Assembly: GCF_000392435.1 (NCBI RefSeq)
Contig: NC_021219.1
Coordinates: forward strand, 840,001 to 872,000
Source: Candidatus Saccharimonas aalborgensis
GTDB lineage: Bacteria; Patescibacteriota; Saccharimonadia; Saccharimonadales; Saccharimonadaceae
Reading direction: 5' to 3'
DNA length: 32,000 nt
Shown here: piece by piece, positions 1-8,292 of the stretch
Numbering within the stretch: position 1 is the first letter of the stretch
Layout of the letters: each line of letters starts with the position of its first letter
Made by a program: the position numbers and the translations under genes
Notes under the pieces: generated by a model
Seen by the model: the letters and a program-made list of their open reading frames with translations, nothing else
Databases searched by the model: none
What the model was told of the DNA's origin: nothing

Positions 1-332
1 TCGAGAAACGCTGAAAATGCCTGGCTGTCCTGCTGGCGGCTACCCCCTGAGAGTACGGGCACAAAGGATGCTTCTGGCAAGAGGTGCGCGGAGCGCGAGA
101 CCGCCTGCCAGTTTGAGTGGTTATCCTTGATGGGTACGTAGCGTTCATCGCTCAGGGTGATTGTCAGACTATGCTGATATGGCAGAAGTGCCCTAAAAAG
201 TGGTTCTATAGCCTGGCTCGCCGAACCACCCGGCAGCAGCAGAAGAACCTTATTGCCACTATCATGAGCCGCTCGAACTGCTCGCTCTATAGCATCAATG
301 AGTTGTTGGGTAACAGGAGTAAGCTGGGTCAT
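1..332 (-). CDS. pgl: 6-phosphogluconolactonase-like protein, N-terminal part (3' end runs off the window)
   Basis: Own minus-strand translation from ATG at 332: MTQLTPVTQQLIDAIERAVRAAHDSGNKVLLLLPGGSASQ...ITLSDERYVPIKDNHSNW. The GGS...DERxVP..SN pattern fits Pgl-type sugar-phosphate isomerase-like proteins. It is absent from the ORF track because there is no stop in the window. The ATG abuts the TAA (333-335) of the upstream gene. Confidence 0.5.
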   Translation of the reverse strand, partial: MTQLTPVTQQLIDAIERAVRAAHDSGNKVLLLLPGGSASQAIEPLFRALLPYQHSLTITLSDERYVPIKDNHSNWQAVSRSAHLLPEASFVPVLSGGSRQQDSQAFSAFL

Positions 333-968
333 TTAGTGGAGCACATCGATTACAAGTGGTGTGGTATTATCCCAGCTCGTATCGACATAGAGCAGCAATG
401 TGTCAGCTTTTTTTGGAACGGCAAAGCTGATCTGTCCCGTAGCTGTTGCTCCCGGTGCGAGGTCCTGGGCGGCGATGGGATTCTTAACATGCATTGAAGC
501 GTGGAGTGCCGAGTATTCTCCCTCGGGGGTTCGGACAAACAACTGGTTGACGGGAATAAACGGCTTCGCCGTAGAAGTACGATTGGTAATCGTAAAACTC
601 ATGATGAGCATTGTTTTGCCTTCTTCGACTCCGAAAGCGGGGTCTTCGGCACTATTTATGGTGACGTCCCTGACCGATGCCTCAAATGCACTGTTGAATG
701 TAGGGTCGAGAGTTTTTGTGACATGCGTCGTCGCGGCCGAAACGGCGACAGCTCGTAGTTTGCTCTCGTTTTGTTTGGTGACTTCTACCCAAAAAAGCGT
801 ATTGATGACCACTAGAGCGGCAATGCCAAGCACCAGTGTTCCCATAAGGAGACTATTCTCATCGGTAAAGCGACGAAAACGACCATATTCTTTTTTTAAT
901 TCGCCTACTTCATCCGCAATGAACTCAGCGGGGGTGGTGTGTTTTTTGTGAAATAGTTTACGCATCAC
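333..968 (-). CDS. membrane-anchored DUF4352-like beta-sandwich protein
   Basis: 211-aa ORF with one N-terminal TM (LLMGTLVLGIAALVVINTLFWV) and a C-terminal region resembling DUF4352 (MLIMSFTITNRTS...GQISFAVPK). AAGGAG SD lies upstream; the real start is probably ATG 965. It is a paralog of 3460-4008. Confidence 0.6.
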   Translation of the reverse strand: MMRKLFHKKHTTPAEFIADEVGELKKEYGRFRRFTDENSLLMGTLVLGIAALVVINTLFWVEVTKQNESKLRAVAVSAATTHVTKTLDPTFNSAFEASVRDVTINSAEDPAFGVEEGKTMLIMSFTITNRTSTAKPFIPVNQLFVRTPEGEYSALHASMHVKNPIAAQDLAPGATATGQISFAVPKKADTLLLYVDTSWDNTTPLVIDVLH

Positions 969-976
969 ATCTCCTT

Positions 977-3430
977 TTATGGTTTGGTTGCATCATAATA
1001 CCCCACACGGTACCCGAGTAAGAGGCTGCTAGCAGAATTGTTGATGGTGGCACTGCCGTGCGCGTGAGTAGTTGCTCCGCCGCTATCCTGATAACCTGGT
1101 ATGCTTGCGGTACCTCTAAGAATCGTATTGATACTGTGATTACATGTGGCAGAAGTGTTCTCAAGTGTAGAGGTGGAGCCAGATTTAATGCCTCCCTTGT
1201 GTGTTGGCCGGAAGCTTGTGATGTTGACAACCCAGGTAGTGTTCCAACCCCAACAGTTGCCAATGGTACTGTGTGCGGCGAGATCGGTCGGTCCATAGCA
1301 AGGCGTTAGTCCGCCGCAATACACTGGTGCGGGGTCACTTACGGTAAGGTTGGTGCTGTTTGATGTGGTACCACCAGCGTTTGAGCAGCTAAGTGAATAC
1401 ACGTAGGTGCCTGCCGGTGATACGGCGCCGGTAGACTGTGATCCGCTGGCTGCTTTGCTACCAGACCAGTTGCCACCAGCTGTGCAGCTGGTGGGGCTAT
1501 TGGCTACGCTCCACGATACCGTAGCACTTCCACCTGTTGTAATACTGGATGGCGAAACAGAGATACTTATAGCAGGAGGGGTTACGACTGTAACGGTTGC
1601 AGAACCACTCCCAGAGCCTGAGGAGTTTGTGCACGTTAGTGTGTAGGTATAGGTACCGGCAGTTCCAATTGCTCCCGTGCTTGCTGAGCCATTAGCGCTT
1701 TGGCTACCGCTCCAGGAACCGCTACTTGTACAACTAGTGGGTGCATTTGTGGCAGACCATGTGAGCGTGCTAGCTGCGCCCGTGGCAATTGTTGTTGGTG
1801 AGGCGGTAATCGATACTGCGGGGGGATTCGAGGAAGTGCCGTTACTTACTGTGACGCTTGTACTTGCGCTCCCCGTTCCTCCGTCATTATTACAATCAAG
1901 GGTGTAGTTGTAGGTGCGGATCGTACCGAGACCACCAGTACTTACTGAGCCGCTCGCTGCTTTTGCTCCCGACCAGTCACCACTCGCATTACAGCTCAGC
2001 GGCGTGTTGGTCGTCGACCAAGTGAGGTTGGATGAACCGCCTATCGTGACCGATATAGGGCTTGCTGATAAGTTGACAACGGGTTTTGGCGGCAATGAAA
2101 CAACCAGTGTTGTGCTTCGTTTTGCGCTTGTCCCTCCCTGGTTACTGCACTGAAGCTCGTATAGATAGTTGCCCGCCGAATTCATCGTCCCTGTATTAAG
2201 CGATCCACTCGCTGTTTTCGCGCCGCTCCAAGCGCCAGTTGCTGTACAACTCGTGGGATTATTGGTCGATGACCACGAGATGGTTGATGTCGCACGTGTA
2301 TAGATGGGAGAAGGGCTAACGGTGATCGAGACATCGGGGGGATTTGGGATTACCTGCAGCGCTGCGGTGTCAAAGGTTCCTCCGGCGGCATTGCTGCAGG
2401 TTAATGTAAATAGGTAGGTTTTTATTGTGCTCAGTCCTGCCATGACTTGTGATCCACTCGCTGCTTTTGCGCCTGACCAGTCACCGCTTGCAACACAACT
2501 GGTCGGAGCATTGCTTACAGACCACGAGAGTGTGGTACTAGCGCCAGGAACAATAGGCCCAGGTGGAGTGGCGGCGATTGTAACAATAGGAATATCTGCT
2601 GGCGGCGTACGCGCCTCGACGGTAGTTGTTGCTGAGCTGGAACCAGCTGCGTTTGAACACTTGAGCGTGTAGGTATAATTGCGTGTTTGAGTAAGTGAGC
2701 CTGTCGAGATACTACCGTCGCCACTTTTGGTACCACTCCAATCACCACTGGCTGTGCAGCTGGTGGGGCTACTGGTCGTTGACCAAATAATTTGCGTCGA
2801 GCTGCCGGTATACACCCAGCTATCAGTAGGCGCTATCGTCACGATGGGCGCGCGAGCTGCATTTCCTGTGACGGTACGGGACATCGACCCTACACCGACA
2901 GTTGCAAACCCCGTCCCAGTATCGGTCTTACAGGTGAGCGTAAAGAGGTAGGTTTGGACGGTCGTCAGCGCTGGAGTGTCTTCTTCGCCAGAAGCAGCCC
3001 GGGCTCCCGACCAATCGTCGCTGGCGATACATTCCTTAGGATTATTGGTAACGCTCCACTTTAGCCTACTTTTTCCACCAGTTACCACTGACGCGGGATC
3101 GGCAGTAAGAGTGACGACTGGCGGATTAGTGCCCGATGTCCCACCCTTTCCCTGCTCTACATTTCCACCTGGATTTGCTGCATCGCTTTTTTTGGCTTCT
3201 TCTTGAAGTGCCTCTTGGTCATTTGCGGTGAGACCATGGTCTTTACTAAACTCCTTGTTGGTACTGAGATAACTAAATATAGCAAACGAAACCATACTAA
3301 TAATCATTATTGCTGAGGCAACAGCAATCAGGAGCTTCACTGCCTTCGGGCTGAGCTTCGGCAGACGGAACCTTGGCGGTTTGGAATCAAGTGGTGTCTT
3401 GATCTTAGCAACAAATGGATCCAGTGGCAC
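977..3430 (-). CDS. large surface protein: N-terminal TM anchor, 7 tandem ~85-aa Ig-like Cys-pair repeats, C-terminal cytochrome b5-like domain
   Basis: 817-aa ORF with a GTG start preceded by AAAGGGGA. TM at aa 33-54. Repeats span aa 105-702, each with the pattern WS..N.P.SC.A.G.WSG.K..SG...TG......Y.Y.L.C.N..G. The last 115 aa read YGPTDLAAHSTIGNCWGWNTTWVVNITSFRPTHKGG...THAHGS...LLLGYRVGYY, resembling bacterial Cyt-b5 domains (Y..e.a.H....CW....g.V.d.T.F...HPGG...H.....IG). Confidence 0.75.
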   Translation of the reverse strand: MPLDPFVAKIKTPLDSKPPRFRLPKLSPKAVKLLIAVASAIMIISMVSFAIFSYLSTNKEFSKDHGLTANDQEALQEEAKKSDAANPGGNVEQGKGGTSGTNPPVVTLTADPASVVTGGKSRLKWSVTNNPKECIASDDWSGARAASGEEDTPALTTVQTYLFTLTCKTDTGTGFATVGVGSMSRTVTGNAARAPIVTIAPTDSWVYTGSSTQIIWSTTSSPTSCTASGDWSGTKSGDGSISTGSLTQTRNYTYTLKCSNAAGSSSATTTVEARTPPADIPIVTIAATPPGPIVPGASTTLSWSVSNAPTSCVASGDWSGAKAASGSQVMAGLSTIKTYLFTLTCSNAAGGTFDTAALQVIPNPPDVSITVSPSPIYTRATSTISWSSTNNPTSCTATGAWSGAKTASGSLNTGTMNSAGNYLYELQCSNQGGTSAKRSTTLVVSLPPKPVVNLSASPISVTIGGSSNLTWSTTNTPLSCNASGDWSGAKAASGSVSTGGLGTIRTYNYTLDCNNDGGTGSASTSVTVSNGTSSNPPAVSITASPTTIATGAASTLTWSATNAPTSCTSSGSWSGSQSANGSASTGAIGTAGTYTYTLTCTNSSGSGSGSATVTVVTPPAISISVSPSSITTGGSATVSWSVANSPTSCTAGGNWSGSKAASGSQSTGAVSPAGTYVYSLSCSNAGGTTSNSTNLTVSDPAPVYCGGLTPCYGPTDLAAHSTIGNCWGWNTTWVVNITSFRPTHKGGIKSGSTSTLENTSATCNHSINTILRGTASIPGYQDSGGATTHAHGSATINNSASSLLLGYRVGYYDATKP

Positions 3431-3459
3431 TAGTATGATTCCCCTTTAGCTTATTAGTA

Positions 3460-4008
3460 TCAGTGTAACAAGAATTTCATTGCTCCGCCACTCCAATCTG
3501 ACTCGATGTAAAGCCAGAAGGGTATGGTATCAGACACGAGATAACTGAGCTGGCCGTTGATTCGTTCCCCTGGAAGCAACGTGCCTGCTCGGAGTGGGGT
3601 ATCAAGAACGGAGGGGGTAACAAAGGCAACTGTCCCATCGGCAGACTTCAGATAGGTATCATTTGTCGGGGTGATTGTGATAGGGGTAGCGCCTGTATTG
3701 AGGATCAAAAGATCGATAACCTCGAAATGTTTACCCGTCGGTGCGGCGTAGGGGGCTTTGCCTTGGGTTTGGGTGACCTTAGTCACAGTGATCTCTACCA
3801 CCCCACTTCGCACCGGTGAGCCAAGTGTTAACCCGTGAAAACTAGGCCCGGCAATTGTTGGGTGTGTGATTCGATAACTAACACTTAGTACTGTAAAAGA
3901 AGTAATGCACAAGAGAAGAGAGATGACAAAAAACACCTGAGAGAATCGAGAGAGTCCAGTAGTATGCCGACGCGAGTGGTTATGGTTTTTTTGCATCGTA
4001 GTATCCAA
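3460..4008 (-). CDS. membrane-anchored DUF4352-like protein (paralog of 333-968)
   Basis: 182-aa ORF with an N-terminal TM (FFVISLLLCITSFTVLSV) and a beta-rich C-terminus (HFEVIDLLILNTGATPITITP...GQLSYLV). It overlaps the upstream gene by 29 nt (17 nt if the start is ATG 3996). Confidence 0.6.
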   Translation of the reverse strand: MDTTMQKNHNHSRRHTTGLSRFSQVFFVISLLLCITSFTVLSVSYRITHPTIAGPSFHGLTLGSPVRSGVVEITVTKVTQTQGKAPYAAPTGKHFEVIDLLILNTGATPITITPTNDTYLKSADGTVAFVTPSVLDTPLRAGTLLPGERINGQLSYLVSDTIPFWLYIESDWSGGAMKFLLH

Positions 4009-4735
4009 TAAAGAATGATGTCATATTGCGTTCAGCGTTTGATTTACTGGCGTTGCTATGGTTTCTTGTCTGGCCTTCGGCACCGACACTACCCCCTAGG
4101 GCATTTGCAAGGTTCGTACCGCATACACCACCTACTTCTATGCTTGAGATGCCACTCTTAGCACGATGAAATGCCGCATCAAATCCAGAAATATTGATGA
4201 CGCGATTACCGTTATATCCCCAACAGTTGCCGCTGGAATTGTGTGCAGCAACCTCGCGCGGTCCGTAGCAGCTGCTTGCCCCGTTGCAGTAGGTAACGGT
4301 TGGAGTACCAGGCGATGATGGGGCTGTGGGCGTTGTGGGTGGAGAAACAGCACCAGTTTTAACTGTTACGGTGACAGTTTGTTTGGCCTCTCCTGCTGCA
4401 TTTTTGCAGATAAGAGCATATGTGAAGATACCTTCTTTTGCGAGCCGACCCGTGCTTTGGCTGCCAAAAGCTGTCTTTTGGCCCTCCCATGATCCTTCCC
4501 CACGGCAACTATCGACGGTACCCTCGACAGACCACGTCAGACTACTAAACGAACCAGTCGCCACTTGTTGAGGTTGTGCCGAAAAGGTAATAACTGGTAT
4601 CGCCAAAGAAGCTTGCTGCGTTGCGCTGAGCTCCCTACCACTCTTCGATGGAGCGAAGATACCAGCGATAGCGATGCCGTTCATCCCGACGAGAGTGATA
4701 ATCATACTGACGGCAACAAGTTTCTTTAGCCACAT
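3980..4735 (-). CDS. surface protein: signal/TM anchor, one Ig-like Cys-pair repeat, P/T linker, C-terminal cytochrome b5-like domain
   Basis: 251-aa ORF with AGGAGG SD 8 nt upstream of ATG 4735. The C-terminus is YGPREVAAHNSSGNCWGYNGNRVINISGFDAAFHRAKSG...VCGTNLANALGG...RNHSNAS...FFIGYYDAKKP. It aligns along its length with the C-terminus of the 817-aa protein, including 4 Cys and 2 His. Confidence 0.7.
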   Translation of the reverse strand: MWLKKLVAVSMIITLVGMNGIAIAGIFAPSKSGRELSATQQASLAIPVITFSAQPQQVATGSFSSLTWSVEGTVDSCRGEGSWEGQKTAFGSQSTGRLAKEGIFTYALICKNAAGEAKQTVTVTVKTGAVSPPTTPTAPSSPGTPTVTYCNGASSCYGPREVAAHNSSGNCWGYNGNRVINISGFDAAFHRAKSGISSIEVGGVCGTNLANALGGSVGAEGQTRNHSNASKSNAERNMTSFFIGYYDAKKP

Positions 4736-4746
4736 ACATCTACCTC

Positions 4747-6150
4747 CTATGACATTCCAAATTCTTCGCTATGAATACTTGTGGCAGGAACACCACGTGC
4801 TCTCAGCTGCTTCTTGAGAGATTGCATCATGGGAGGTGGTCCACAGATGTAGAAGTCCTTTCCCTCCAATCCCCCACTGTTCTCGGCAATAAAATCAACG
4901 CTGAGATAGCTCGGTTGCTTATCGCCAATAAAGGGAATAATACGCAAATTGTTCGGTGCGCCAACGGCTTGCTCGGAGAGCATATCCCAGTTGATAAGCT
5001 CGGATTCGGTTTTGACCGAATAGTATAGGTCGGCATGTGCATTACTGCCCACGATATCCTTTGACATCGACAGAAAAGGCGTTATACCTATCCCGCCAGC
5101 AATCCAAATTTGCTGAGTGTTCTTGTAATTGACGTAACTGAAACGTCCGTAGGCGCCCTCGATATCGGCATGTGTCCCGGCTTTGAGGGCTGTCAGTTTG
5201 TTGGTATAATCCCCGAGACCTTTGATACTGATCTCGAGCGCACTATCTTTTGGATTTGAACTAATCGAAAATGGATGCCATTCCTTAGAGATTCCCGCAC
5301 CAGCTCCGATGAAGCGCATAAACACAAACTGACCGGGCTTGTAGGATATCGGTTGCCCGACGGGTTCAAGCTTGATTTGCACGACATTCCCAGCGACAAC
5401 AGTAACATCGCGGACGATATAGCGGTAGCGTCGGATGAGGATGCGTCCCAGTAGTGATTTGTAGACAAAAGCAGCTGTCCCCATAATGACGATCGCAAGC
5501 ATATACCAGCGCAAGCCAGGCAATTTCGCGACGTCACTGCTGATAAACAAAATATGCAGGGCGGAAATGGCAAACGCTACGCCCAGAAACTTATGAGTAA
5601 ATAGCCAGAATCTATACGGTAGTTTAATGAAAAATGTGATCAGCAGTAGGGCTACCATGCCCCAAAATGCGATGATGCCAAAAAAGATTGCCCATTGTTG
5701 CAGCACTGATTGGTGAAAAATATGATTGTCATCAAATAACGCTTGAAGTGGGAAAATACCGTTTGGTACAAGGAGAAGTGCTGCCTGCTTGATGTCGGTC
5801 GAAACAAATCGAAGCGCTAGCATGAGTGGATGAAATGACAGCATGATAAGGGCTAGACCGCCCAAGAGGTGATGTGCGATATATACTCGGTTGAGCCCAC
5901 CAAACAAATACTCGAGGAAACGCAACCTCGTTGCATAAAGAAGGTTAAGCGCGTACATGACGGTGCCGATAAGCCCTGTCACTTGCCCTAGCGCTAGCAT
6001 CACTTGCTCGGGTCGCTTGATATAACTCAGCGGATGGGCGTTGTGCCACAGAACAACGGGAATGATGCAGAGCAAAATAGTGATGCCCCAGCCCAAGAGG
6101 TACTCCCATCGAAAACTAATTATGACTGTTCGTTTGCCACTTGGTTGCAT
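4747..6150 (-). CDS. ferric reductase / NADPH oxidase (NOX/FRE) family transmembrane flavocytochrome
   Basis: 467-aa ORF with a 6-TM N-terminal half. Two His pairs are spaced 13 residues apart (HHLLGGLALIMLSFH and HKFLGVAFAISALH), the bis-heme motif of this family. The C-terminal half has HPFSISS (FAD), GGIGITPF (NAD(P)H) and CGPPPM. Confidence 0.85.
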   Translation of the reverse strand: MQPSGKRTVIISFRWEYLLGWGITILLCIIPVVLWHNAHPLSYIKRPEQVMLALGQVTGLIGTVMYALNLLYATRLRFLEYLFGGLNRVYIAHHLLGGLALIMLSFHPLMLALRFVSTDIKQAALLLVPNGIFPLQALFDDNHIFHQSVLQQWAIFFGIIAFWGMVALLLITFFIKLPYRFWLFTHKFLGVAFAISALHILFISSDVAKLPGLRWYMLAIVIMGTAAFVYKSLLGRILIRRYRYIVRDVTVVAGNVVQIKLEPVGQPISYKPGQFVFMRFIGAGAGISKEWHPFSISSNPKDSALEISIKGLGDYTNKLTALKAGTHADIEGAYGRFSYVNYKNTQQIWIAGGIGITPFLSMSKDIVGSNAHADLYYSVKTESELINWDMLSEQAVGAPNNLRIIPFIGDKQPSYLSVDFIAENSGGLEGKDFYICGPPPMMQSLKKQLRARGVPATSIHSEEFGMS

Positions 6151-6168
6151 AAGCGTCTTTCATAGAAA

Positions 6169-6177
6169 AGTATAGCA
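6169..6177 (-). promoter_or_regulatory. extended -10 box TGCTATACT upstream of the NOX-like gene
   Basis: The minus strand reads TGCTATACT 18 nt upstream of ATG 6150. The same nonamer or a near copy precedes the MFS, gltX, DUF3048 and pyrH genes. Confidence 0.4.
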
Positions 6178-6221
6178 TAGCGTCTGTCATCTGGTGAAGA
6201 AGTTGCGGAAATTGCCTCAGG

Positions 6222-7406
6222 CTAACCATCCATGGTCTTTTTGATAAGCTGCATACGCTTCAATCTGGCTATCGCAATGAGCATAAATGGCCATGTCAGC
6301 ACTATCATCCAGACCCCCTGCCCTACTGCACCGATGATACCAATCTGCTGTGCTATGCCCGCAAACAGAAGTGTTAGCCACACCTCGTGGATGAGTTTGA
6401 AATTGTTAGTGACCGATAGGAGTGTGGCCTTGTAACGACTGGAACCAAATAATTCTAACAAATAGTGCTGATACATAATACTTTGGTATCGCCACATTGC
6501 CATATTGATAACGTGTGCCGCTATCGCTAGCGGCAACGACTTGAAGAAGCCAATTGAAGTCATCATGAGGATATTCATTATGATATCGAGAGAGGCGTAC
6601 TGCTGAAATGTAAGGCGTCGGAGATGGTGGACAATGTAGCCCAAGGCGGCTCCTATGATACTCGGCGCGGCGTAGAGAAGTCCCATATATTGCGGGTTGA
6701 GACCAAGTGCAACGAAACTTAGGTTGTATAAATCAACCGGACTAGTGGCGAAGGCCATTACGAGTCCCGCAATACTAAAGGACCAGACCGTACGTCGAGT
6801 AACAACTTGGCGAATTGCCCGCAAAAACGAAGTGTGCTGAATGCTGTCTTCATGCGTAATGGGCGGCTCGGTAAAAAGCGACGCAATCGCGAATAAAACG
6901 CCGTATGCAATCACGCCTGCTATAAATGGCAAACGTTTGTCAACTGGATACAGCAGCGGAATAAGTGCAATAATTCCTGCGTTGACGATAAGACTAAGTG
7001 ACTATGCCCGTGCTGCAATCTTTGCATAATCACTAGCGTTGCTGAGTACAACGAGACTATCATGTACCAGTGCATCAACAGCGCCACTCATAAACGAGTA
7101 GCCAATTGCAGTGATGACTGACGCCAGCAAAATACCAGTGAAGTTTGGTAGGAATATGTAGCAGAGTGTCCCAATAAGCGCAAGCAGCGCACCGACACGT
7201 GCACTGCGTTTTCGGCCGTATATATCCGCTCAATAGCCTGTCATTGTCTCAAACAAAATGCTTGCTACGCTTCCGGCAGCGGCCGTAACGCCTATTTCTG
7301 AGATACTGAGGCCGATTCCCTGGCTTGCATAAATGGTGATGAGGGGTAGAAAGATACGCTTTGTAAATACCTTATAGACGCCAAATAGTCGAACATTACG
7401 GAGCAT
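6222..7406 (-). pseudogene. MFS transporter gene interrupted by two in-frame stop codons
   Basis: ORFs 6222-6932 and 7230-7472 share one frame. My translation of the gap is continuous MFS sequence (ADIYGRKRSARVGALLALIGT...SNASDYAKIAARA) bounded by TGA at 7230-7232 and TAG at 7002-7004. Motif A is G-Y-stop-A-D-I-Y-G-R-K-R. The full length would be 394 aa from ATG 7406. Confidence 0.7.
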
Positions 7407-7614
7407 CTTTTGCGAGAGGTTGAGTGGCACTATGTCAGTATAGCAGGTACTATTTGGCGCTCCCAACAACAAGGTTCACTCATGTTATATGAAAGAATTA
7501 TTGTCGAATTGAATTATGAAATGTCTAAGCCAGTCCACGCGTTGACAAAGAAAAACAGAGACGACACGGGGTTGGGCTGTGCTGTCTCTGTTATATCAGG
7601 CTTTATCTACGGTA

Positions 7615-8052
7615 CTAATACCAGTCCCACAACGCTGATCCAGGTATCGAGTCGGCCGTATAACCCCAATAAGTGTGTATGTTATTGTGCCATGCGTATG
7701 CCGAAAAGCTGCCCCATGTTTTAGGACCAACAATTCCATCAACTGGCATTTGATAGCTATGCCAACTGTTTACCCACCTCTGGAACACCTTAACGTTATT
7801 GTAGGTATTTGTGCCAAATTTTCCATCAACAACTAGGTAGTAACCACCACTGTATCCATTGCCACTCCAAGTGCCGGCTTCTGATTGCATTGCATTTAAC
7901 ATTGTTTGGATATATCGAACACAATCACCGCTTGAGCTTTTCGAGAAAGTCATTGTATTGCACGCCGATGACGCATGTGCGGTAGTTGGTGCGTATGTCA
8001 CAAACACTAAAGCTAAAGACAACGCAGCTGCTACAAGTTTAGTTCTAAGCAT
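7615..8052 (-). CDS. secreted peptidoglycan-binding (PG_binding_1-like) domain protein
   Basis: 145-aa ORF with a signal peptide (...APTTAHA/SS). CVRYIQTMLN...DGKFGTNTYNNVKVFQ...DGIVGPKTW matches the PG-binding repeat pattern. TATAAT (8089-8094) and AAAGGA SD lie upstream. Confidence 0.75.
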   Translation of the reverse strand: MLRTKLVAAALSLALVFVTYAPTTAHASSACNTMTFSKSSSGDCVRYIQTMLNAMQSEAGTWSGNGYSGGYYLVVDGKFGTNTYNNVKVFQRWVNSWHSYQMPVDGIVGPKTWGSFSAYAWHNNIHTYWGYTADSIPGSALWDWY

Positions 8053-8147
8053 ATTTTTCCTTTAATACCCTAAGTTAATATAAGGATCATTATACTAAAC
8101 TTTTGATTAATGTGAAGTTTTCGATAAATGTCTAGATGGAATATTCT

Positions 8148-8284
8148 CCGGTTGACCTTATGGGAATACCTAGTTTATGCCAAGCCGAGCCTTCAAGTGA
8201 CGGGGCAATAGCGAACTGCAAGACGGGTTCGATTCCTCCGAGTAGAACTCGGCGCAAACACCCCTGTAAAAGTAGAGGTGTTTG
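8148..8284 (+). repeat. degenerate copy of the tRNA-Glu 3'-end unit: att-like core, ~85-bp conserved block, hairpin
   Basis: 8148-8167 aligns, degenerately, with TGGTGATCCCACCGGGAAT. 8203-8253 matches 13492-13542 at 48/51 nt by hand alignment. Hairpin caaacacc/ggtgtttg at 8255-8284. Confidence 0.6.
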
Positions 8285-8292
8285 TGTGGTGG

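Noticed and set aside
117-497. 126-aa plus-strand ORF at the window start (and 350-538, 400-951, 501-758)
   Set aside because: It is antisense to or overlaps the better-supported minus-strand pgl-like and DUF4352-like genes, and has no recognisable motifs.
1058-3206. Series of 74-112-aa ORFs on the plus strand and in other minus-strand frames (e.g. 958-1296, 1407-1646, 1677-1907, 1914-2153, 2427-2672, 2727-2951, 2976-3206)
   Set aside because: They lie entirely inside the 817-aa repeat protein gene and repeat with the same period as its Ig-like units. They are shadow ORFs produced by the biased repeat composition, with no independent start signals.
7002-7232. Stop-codon reassignment (UGA or UAG as sense, as in some CPR lineages) to explain the in-frame stops in the MFS gene
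   Set aside because: Both TGA and TAG clearly terminate well-supported genes in this window (TGA: pyrH, the 166-aa island gene, the YjeF-like gene; TAG: the NOX-like gene, sortase, CapA-like gene). Two different stop codons would both have to be recoded. A pseudogene or sequencing error is simpler.
8203-8253. The 51-nt conserved block (contains GGGTTCGATTCC) as a tRNA or tmRNA-like gene
   Set aside because: I could not fold either copy into a cloverleaf or tmRNA acceptor/T-arm: the T-stem does not pair and there is no acceptor stem. I kept it as a repeat pending a covariance-model scan.
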